From an uncultured archaeon (lineage in GTDB: Archaea; Asgardarchaeota; Lokiarchaeia; Sigyniarchaeales; SOKP01): a stretch of 44,174 nucleotides of DNA. The notes below the pieces were generated by a model. The model searched no databases and was not told the DNA's origin. It was given only the letters and a program-made list of their open reading frames with translations. This document shows positions 28,252 to 38,775 of the stretch, in pieces. The translations under genes were made by a program, and so were the position numbers. Location: the NCBI GenBank assembly GCA_964388035.1, contig CAYLZE010000036.1, positions 1 through 44,174 of the forward strand, read 5' to 3'. The first letter of the stretch is position 1. Every line of letters begins with the position of its first letter.

Positions 28252-28845
28252 GTGATGATACTTTATAAAATAGGTCCTAAAGGAGGATTAGTAAAAGTTC
28301 AAAAAGCCTCTTTTTTGACAAACGAAGCTTACCTTATTGATGATTATAAGAATATCTATGTATGGTTTGGTAAGAAAATATCGGAAAAACATAGAGAGTT
28401 GGGTCTCAAAAAAGCCGAGCAGATAAAAAAAGTGCGAAAACTTCCTCCTAGTATTCAAATTAATTATGAGTCTAAAGAATATGGCACCTTTTTAGTCATG
28501 AAAGAGATCCTCGAAAAAGGTAAGAACCTTGCAGATATAATGGATGAAAGAGCTGAATTGGAAATAGAAATAGATGATACCATGGATTTTCTTGAAGCCG
28601 GATTGGAACCTGATTTAGAAGGAACTATTACTTTGAAAGCTCATGAATTACAACAACAAGGGAAATCTTATGAAGAATTATGTAGATTATTAGCTGAAAA
28701 GCAATTAGCTTTAATTCAAGGTAAGGTAAGTAAGAATAATTTAAATATAAAAACTAAGGAAATTCTAGATTCTTCGGCAACCTATGATGAGCTTTGTTGG
28801 TTAATTTCGGAGATAGAAATTTTAATGGAGAAAAAAGATGTGTAG
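28252..28845 (+). CDS. Asgard gelsolin-domain protein with a helical C-terminal extension (1DGelX-like)
   Basis: Gelsolin pattern F...AYLIDD...IYVWFGK....A..I...R....ESKE...F; C-terminal repeated YEELCRLLAE/YDELCWLISE helices. Confidence 0.8.
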   Translation: MMILYKIGPKGGLVKVQKASFLTNEAYLIDDYKNIYVWFGKKISEKHRELGLKKAEQIKKVRKLPPSIQINYESKEYGTFLVMKEILEKGKNLADIMDERAELEIEIDDTMDFLEAGLEPDLEGTITLKAHELQQQGKSYEELCRLLAEKQLALIQGKVSKNNLNIKTKEILDSSATYDELCWLISEIEILMEKKDV

Positions 28846-28972
28846 ATAAATTCGATAAATTATTTATAATTTTAAAGAAAATCCCATCCATCAGATTAAA
28901 AATAATCCTGCATTTACAGTATACTATTAAAAAAATAGAGCATATTAAGATGTTTTCAATCATTATTATTTT

Positions 28973-30448
28973 TCAAGGTAGTCGCATTCGCTTCCAATTG
29001 GGATTGTCGCTCGTATCTAAATACCATCTCAACATCCTTTCTCTTAATTCTAATAGAGTTTGAATTTGGTCCTCGTCATTAATTAAATTATCTAACTCTT
29101 GAGGATCATTTTTTATATCATATAATTCTTCCATTGCATCATTTCTAAGGATGTATTTCCATTCCTTAGTTCTAATCATGGTTGCTCTCGTGACTAAATT
29201 TCGATTTTCTTTTGGAAGATTGGTTTTCTCATAATAGATTCCCATCAGCGGATCATTCGAATCCTTCACCACGTTTTCAAAACACTGGGGTTCGCGTGCA
29301 TTAAATCCTGCCTCTGAAAACACAGCTTCTCGGTGAATGGTACCTTCTTTATTAATAAGTGGAATTAATGATTTCCCAAACTGAGTATATTTTGTTTTGA
29401 CTTGAGCAATTTCTAAAATAGTAGGGAAAATATCAATTGTTTCTACTAGATCATCATATATTTTTTTTATAGGTTGAAAACCCGGAATTTTTGCAATTAA
29501 AGGTACATTTACTAAGCAATCTTGTAGAGATCCTGGCCATTTTTCTGTCAATCCATAATTTCCCGCATAATCCCCGTGATCTGCAAAGAAGAAAATGGCG
29601 GTATTATCATATTCTCCTATGGATTTTAATTTATTAATAATTTGACCGAATTGATCGTCAACTCGTGTAATCATGCCATAATAAGTCGCCACGATTTCCC
29701 TAAAATCTTCCTCAGATAAATTATTTAATCCATATCTTTCATGCACCCGTTTCATGAATTCAGGTTTATTTTCGAGATTTGAAATAATAGGAGCTGGTAC
29801 TTTTCTTCTATCATAAATTGAAAAAAACGGTTCTTCAACCGTATAGGGCGGATGCGGAAAGGCTAATGCAATATACAAACAAAACGGGCGATCGGGTTTT
29901 GAATCCAGATATTCCAAAGCATTTTGAATGGTGAAATAATCAATATCTTTTGCTTCTTGTTCGTTTCTCTTGCCAAAGTAAAAAGATTTGCTAAAGCGAT
30001 GATTCTGTGGAAAAGGATTTTTCTTTCCTTTTAATAATTGCTTAATTAAGAAAGGATTGTTGGATATATTAAAATACTTGGATACGCTAACTTTAATTGT
30101 CTCTGGATTAAAAAGGTCATTTCGTCCCATCCAATAAACAGCATATCCATTTTCCCTTAAGAATTTGAATAAATTCTCTTCATGGGGCTCTAACATTTGA
30201 TATAAACTCCGATGTCCACTGGAATGGACGTATTGTCCCGTGAAAGTAGCACATCTTGAAGGTACACAAAAAGGACTTGCGGTAAAACAATTCGTGAAAA
30301 TCATCCCATCCTCGGCAACTTTATCAATGTTGGGCGTTTTGATTACGGGATTAATTTTTCCTCCTAATGATACCGTGTCTGCTCTCATTTCATCGGGTAA
30401 AAAAATTAGGATATTAGGTAAGTCTGTTTTGTTCTCCAAATTTACCAT
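28973..30448 (-). CDS. Cys-type sulfatase (S1)
   Basis: PNILIFLPDE, TPNID, CVPSR...TG, PHPP, ADHGD and ELYD...DP.E. Confidence 0.92.
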   Translation of the reverse strand: MVNLENKTDLPNILIFLPDEMRADTVSLGGKINPVIKTPNIDKVAEDGMIFTNCFTASPFCVPSRCATFTGQYVHSSGHRSLYQMLEPHEENLFKFLRENGYAVYWMGRNDLFNPETIKVSVSKYFNISNNPFLIKQLLKGKKNPFPQNHRFSKSFYFGKRNEQEAKDIDYFTIQNALEYLDSKPDRPFCLYIALAFPHPPYTVEEPFFSIYDRRKVPAPIISNLENKPEFMKRVHERYGLNNLSEEDFREIVATYYGMITRVDDQFGQIINKLKSIGEYDNTAIFFFADHGDYAGNYGLTEKWPGSLQDCLVNVPLIAKIPGFQPIKKIYDDLVETIDIFPTILEIAQVKTKYTQFGKSLIPLINKEGTIHREAVFSEAGFNAREPQCFENVVKDSNDPLMGIYYEKTNLPKENRNLVTRATMIRTKEWKYILRNDAMEELYDIKNDPQELDNLINDEDQIQTLLELRERMLRWYLDTSDNPNWKRMRLP

Positions 30449-30741
30449 CTATATTTTGAATTTTTAATTATTACCTTCGTTTATTATTTTGACAAAATTT
30501 CTTTTCAATTTAAAGTTAATTTTATGACTCATGGAAAAGAAAATGAAGCAGAATCATCCATGTCCAAGATAGGTTTCACATTCTTAAAAAAACCTCCCGT
30601 TAGCTTCTTCTTGGAGCCCCTTTACTAATAAATAGGTAGAGAAAAAGATCATTGAAGATATCGATGAGCATTAATCGTGTAAACTTGAAAAGTAACATTA
30701 ATATCTAGCACAATCCTTGATATATCTATAGAATTTAAGAT

Positions 30742-32163
30742 TTACATCGCTCGATAATCTGGGTTAGGTTTTGGCAATTTAGCGTCAATTTGAGTTATCC
30801 AACCATTTAATTTATCTTCCAATTCCTCTTTTACTCCGGGATAGATTTCTGAAAGATCATTATTTTCGCTAATATCTTTTCGGAGATTATATAATTCTAC
30901 TCTATTATCTTCATAAAATTTAATCAACTTATAATCTCCCGCTCGTATTGAAGAACCTGGCGTGCCTCCTTGATTGCCATAATGTGGATAATGCCAATAT
31001 AGGCCTTCTCGTTTTTGCATCTTTAGTTCTGTCAATAATGGTAAAAAGCTTTTTCCATCACATTTAAGATCCTTTATATTTCCTCCCGCAATTTCAAATA
31101 AGGTAGGATAAAAATCGGGGCTGGTAATAGGAATGTTACACTTTGATTTTTCTTTCACCTTTTTTGGCCATTTTATAATGAGAGGTTCTCTCGTACCCCC
31201 CTCATACATCCATCCTTTTCCTTCTGCTAAAGGAGCATTACACGTTGGAGACCCTTCCGCCGTAGCCAATCCCCCATTGTCTGAAGTAAAGATGATGATA
31301 GTATTCTCGGTTTCTTCTAACTTGTCAATGGTTTCTATAATTTTACCTATATTTTGATCTAACGAGTGGATCATTGCCGCATATTTAGGATCAGATTGGA
31401 TTAGACGCCGTTTCACTCGGTATTTACTCTTATGTTCGCATGGAAAGAACTCACCGATTTCAAAAGTTTGTACATCATCCAACCCCATCTTTTGTTTCTT
31501 TTTCTTATAGTATCGTGTAATCTCTCGTTTAGCTTGAATTGGGATGTGAACGGAATAATACCATAAATTCAAAAAAAAAGGATTATCCCCTTTATTTTCA
31601 AGGAGTTCGATTGCTTTATCGGTCAAATGATCCGTTAAATAGGTACCCTTAGGCATCTCCTCTAATTCAGGATTATGCCATGGACTAAAATAACCATAAA
31701 CAGGCATCCCCCATTCGCAACCCCCAACATTCATATCAAACCCTTGCTTTTCGGGATAATAAGAAGTACTACCAAGATGCCACTTTCCCACATGCCAGGT
31801 GGAATAACCCATTTCTTTTAATGATCTTGCGATATTAGGTTCTGATAAAGGTAAATGGGTTAAATAAGGAGCATCAATGAGCTTTCCTCTGGATTGATGT
31901 TTGCTGGAATAAGAAGAATTATCATCAGATTCATCGTCTTCTATATAATTAGTGATTCCTACGGTGGCGGGATATTTTCCCGTAAGAATACTTGCTCTCG
32001 TTGGAGAACATACTGGAGCGGCAGCGTAGGCGTCGGTAAAACACATACCTTCTGATGCAAGTTTATCTATATTAGGTGTTTCATAAAACTCACTGCCATA
32101 ACAGCTTAAATCTTTCCATCCCAAATCATCTATTAGAATGAATATAATATTTGGATTTCCCAA
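30742..32163 (-). CDS. Cys-type sulfatase (S1, arylsulfatase/GALNS-like)
   Basis: PNIIFILIDDLG, CSPTRASILTG, GKWHLG, SDNGG and KGWMYEGG.R.P; TTG start. Confidence 0.93.
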   Translation of the reverse strand: MGNPNIIFILIDDLGWKDLSCYGSEFYETPNIDKLASEGMCFTDAYAAAPVCSPTRASILTGKYPATVGITNYIEDDESDDNSSYSSKHQSRGKLIDAPYLTHLPLSEPNIARSLKEMGYSTWHVGKWHLGSTSYYPEKQGFDMNVGGCEWGMPVYGYFSPWHNPELEEMPKGTYLTDHLTDKAIELLENKGDNPFFLNLWYYSVHIPIQAKREITRYYKKKKQKMGLDDVQTFEIGEFFPCEHKSKYRVKRRLIQSDPKYAAMIHSLDQNIGKIIETIDKLEETENTIIIFTSDNGGLATAEGSPTCNAPLAEGKGWMYEGGTREPLIIKWPKKVKEKSKCNIPITSPDFYPTLFEIAGGNIKDLKCDGKSFLPLLTELKMQKREGLYWHYPHYGNQGGTPGSSIRAGDYKLIKFYEDNRVELYNLRKDISENNDLSEIYPGVKEELEDKLNGWITQIDAKLPKPNPDYRAM

Positions 32164-32869
32164 GGTTTACATACTAAATTTTATTAGATATTGTAGTGTA
32201 TTTTTTCTTTTAAATACATTTTTTTGAGATTACATAAATAAGATAATAAAAGTTAGATAGAAGAATAAGGTGGCGACACTTCAGTGGAGCGATTTACACG
32301 CAACCGGGTGATGAAAACTCGTTAAAATTGCTTTTTCAATTTTGCTTACTTTATCATTCCTCTTTTGAATGCTTAATGATCTTGATCATGAAGAAATAAA
32401 GAAAAATGAGCATGATTAGAGCGAAAATCTTTTAATTTTGGAAGAGATGCAGTTCCGGTAGCTTTTTCTTCAGGTTTTACCTCTGTCGTTGTTTAACATC
32501 TCTAAAAGTTATATTATAAGCTAAATAATGGCACTATATCATTTTAAATTGGGAATATTTAAGCTTTGATAACAAATTATTACGAATTTAAAGAAATGGC
32601 GTATAATAGCGAAGAAAAAAGGCATTTCAAATTACTTTGGATAAGTTGTAACTTTTACATTTCTTTTTTCAATAAGTGTAGGTTATTTCAGATATCTTTT
32701 TTATAGATTTACCGTTTAAGAATAACAATACAAAATCTTTTTTGTATTACTGCTACGAATTAACGAAGATGAATATTAACATAAATAATATTAATTATTT
32801 ATATAAGTAAAGTTAACAAATTTTTTAGAATTTCTCTAAATTTCAGAGTTCTTTTGGACATTAGAAATT

Positions 32870-33502
32870 ATGAATAAAAAAGTATTTAACATCATCTCAG
32901 TAATAGGAATTCCACTTTTCTTACTCGGATTAGTTGTGTCACTCATTTTAGCATATGATTTCGGCAATTATAGCATGCTCGTAAATACGATCAGTGAACT
33001 CGGCTCCATTCACTATACGCAATATCCAATGGTAATTAATATTACTTTCATGGTTTCAGCTTCATTTCTAAGTTTCTTTTTTATCAAGCTATTTAGAAAA
33101 ATACACCATAAAGCAAAAATGAGACGAGGTTATAATTTTCTTTCAATCTTTGGATTTACACTGCTGGAGATCATGACTATTTCCTTTTTTTTGGTCGGAA
33201 TATTTAATGTTGATTTTTCTTTCGTTTTACACATAACATTTGCGACTATTGTTTTTGTATCTTTGTTATTTGCTGAAATAATATTTGGATTCCTAATATT
33301 GCGATTAAACGTCTTTTCTAAGAGCTTTGGATATTTTATGGCACTAGGACACATTTCAGTAGCTCTCTTATTTCCCGTGATGCCTCAAGCCCTACTAGAA
33401 TGGAGCATGTTCTTTGTATTACTCGTCTGGGGAATTCCTCTCTCATTGAAATTTGCTCTTGAAGGAAACAAAAAATTTGCTTTTATCAATCGGTTAGTTT
33501 AA
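32870..33502 (+). CDS. DUF998-like membrane protein
   Basis: About 6 TM segments; NTISELG, VGIF...LH...A and LLEW motifs. Confidence 0.7.
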   Translation: MNKKVFNIISVIGIPLFLLGLVVSLILAYDFGNYSMLVNTISELGSIHYTQYPMVINITFMVSASFLSFFFIKLFRKIHHKAKMRRGYNFLSIFGFTLLEIMTISFFLVGIFNVDFSFVLHITFATIVFVSLLFAEIIFGFLILRLNVFSKSFGYFMALGHISVALLFPVMPQALLEWSMFFVLLVWGIPLSLKFALEGNKKFAFINRLV

Positions 33503-33801
33503 ATATCATTTTCATCCTTTAGCTTGTTCCTAATCATAAAAAAATAAATAAGAAAAGGTCTATTATTCTATTATAAATTCTTATTCAAGAAAGTTTAAAA
33601 TTCCTTCAAGTATCTGAAATTAACTTTTTATTCATATCTCTTCTCAATATAGACAGGGGTTTTTTATACTCCATATTGGAATTAATAGTGAAGAAATTTC
33701 TCAAAATTTGGATTCGCATGTTAAATGAAGAGATTGTAAATTCTTTCCGATAATTAAAGAGTTTAAAAAGAGAATTTGGTGAAAGTTGTATATTAAGTAT
33801 A

Positions 33802-34494
33802 CTAAAAGGATTGACTCGATACAGGCCATTCTAATCCAAAGTCTTGTCTTTTAATTTTAGCCATCCTCCCATCAGAATGATGCCATACAATCCCTTCCAT
33901 TTTTCCTTCTTCTGATTTAAAAAATCGTTTCAAATTATCATGAGTAATACCATTTTTAGTAAAATCATAATACTTCGAACTTAGTGGATGAAAACCGTGT
34001 TTTATATAATATAATCCATTAATATTCTCAGGATTTCCATTTATTGTAATTCCCACTAGTTCATAGGTTCCTTCATCTTGCTTTGGGTTATATTTTTCAT
34101 ACATTTTATCATTTAAAGGATCGATTAAATCCCATGCCATAATAAACCATTTATTTTCCTTTCCTATTTTCTTATTTTTAGCATCAATATCAATAGGCAG
34201 CCATCCCGGTTGATGTCCCGTTATCTCATCGGGCTCATCACACGGAATAAAGTCTACCGGTTTATTCTTCCATTCTCCCAGTTTTTTATCAAATTTGGCA
34301 TCAAATCTTTTATATAATTTCATGCTTCCTTTTTCTTTTCGGGTCATGCAACAAGTCCCATCCCATTTTCTCGTTGGGACCCCCTCTCCATCAAAAACCC
34401 ATTGACACTCGGGATTATGGACATCAGTAACTTTACTTCTATCTCCTTCCCAATCCCTAAAGAATATGCTTGGTATTTTTTTCATGTCAGTCAC
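33802..34494 (-). CDS. RNA ligase of the RLIG1/C12orf29 (DUF5565) family; ATG at 34485 is the likely start
   Basis: Nucleotidyltransferase motif I PTRKWDGTCC, GHQPGWLP, TYELVG..INGNP, motif IV EGIVWH.SDG, motif V AKIK and GLEWP. Confidence 0.85.
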   Translation of the reverse strand: MTDMKKIPSIFFRDWEGDRSKVTDVHNPECQWVFDGEGVPTRKWDGTCCMTRKEKGSMKLYKRFDAKFDKKLGEWKNKPVDFIPCDEPDEITGHQPGWLPIDIDAKNKKIGKENKWFIMAWDLIDPLNDKMYEKYNPKQDEGTYELVGITINGNPENINGLYYIKHGFHPLSSKYYDFTKNGITHDNLKRFFKSEEGKMEGIVWHHSDGRMAKIKRQDFGLEWPVSSQSF

Positions 34495-34670
34495 TAGTTG
34501 TAAAAAAAACTTTTCTAATTAGATGGAAATATCGTTTTTAGAACTTAGATGTTAGAAGTAATTGATAATTCCTAAAATTTTTTTCTGAATTATTGAAGAA
34601 AAGCCACAAATTTAAATCTATAATTAAATTTAAATAAGTTAGAGTACAATAGGAATTCTTATTTAGAAGC

Positions 34671-35351
34671 ATGACGCTCGATCCAAAATTGAGTAAAGAA
34701 ATAAAAGATTTTATCGAGACTCAGGTGGAGGATAAAGTCAAAGAAATTCAAATTAAATATTTGAAAGAGAATTTTCTTACCAGAGATGAATTTCTCGATG
34801 CAATGGAAAAAATGGACGATAGATTCAATGCCATGCAAAAACAGATGGACGATAGATTCAATGCCATGCAAAAACAGATGGACGATAGATTCAATGCCTT
34901 GCAAAAACAGATAGATAAAAGATTTGAGAGAGTATATGAACGACTGGATGCCCTCGATCTTGGGTATTCAAACGTTGTAGAAGGGATAGGGTATTCAATT
35001 GTAAAACGAGAATTCAGGAAAAAAGGATTTGAATTAGATTTACAACTTAGACAACATTTTACAGATAAAAATCACGTGGTTCATCCTGATACTGAAGATG
35101 TAGAAATCGATATTTTTCATATTAATCCGAACATAATTGGGGAAGCAACATTGAGGATTGCTGGTTTAGACAAAATAAGAACCTTCATCAAAAAAATTGA
35201 ATATTTGGAAAAAACCTATAATATGAAATTTCTGAGATTTTTCTTTTGTTTTAAAATTCCTGAAAAAATTAAGGGAGATGTAGAAAATTTACTTAAAAAA
35301 TATGATATCGACTTGATCATGCCCGAAATAGATGAAGAAGATATCAAATAA
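34671..35351 (+). CDS. Coiled-coil protein with C-terminal PD-(D/E)XK nuclease-like domain (DUF3782/DUF1626-like architecture)
   Basis: 11-aa repeats MDDRFNAMQKQ, then VVEG...VEIDIF....IGEAT restriction-endonuclease-like core. Confidence 0.7.
   Translation: MTLDPKLSKEIKDFIETQVEDKVKEIQIKYLKENFLTRDEFLDAMEKMDDRFNAMQKQMDDRFNAMQKQMDDRFNALQKQIDKRFERVYERLDALDLGYSNVVEGIGYSIVKREFRKKGFELDLQLRQHFTDKNHVVHPDTEDVEIDIFHINPNIIGEATLRIAGLDKIRTFIKKIEYLEKTYNMKFLRFFFCFKIPEKIKGDVENLLKKYDIDLIMPEIDEEDIK
34812..34910 (+). repeat. Tandem 33-bp in-frame repeat x3 (ATGGACGATAGATTCAATGCCATGCAAAAACAG)
   Basis: Copies at 34812, 34845 and 34878; the first two are identical and the third has one substitution. Confidence 0.95.
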
Positions 35352-35522
35352 AATATTATACTTATTCTATATATCTGGATTTCTTAACATTGCTTAATCA
35401 CGTATTCCATTTTAAAATCAAGTTATTAACGTAATCGCTTTTTCTTTTTTTTTCTCCGTTTAATGAATAAAGTATTTTAAGCTTTTTTCAATTTGTTAAA
35501 TTAAGTTATTTTAGTATTCTAA

Positions 35523-38708
<3,186 letters not shown>

Positions 38709-38775
38709 TTTAATATCATTTCATTTTTTTACTTCATTATACTTGTAGAAATCAAATTGGATTGATGTTTAATAT

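Noticed and set aside
30523-30627. 34-codon ORF (MTHGKENEAESS...) between the two sulfatases
   Set aside because: No SD, no recognisable motif, and no supporting homology I can identify.
34812-34910. 33-bp repeats as a CRISPR array
   Set aside because: Copies are contiguous with no spacers, lie in frame within a CDS, and no cas genes are present.
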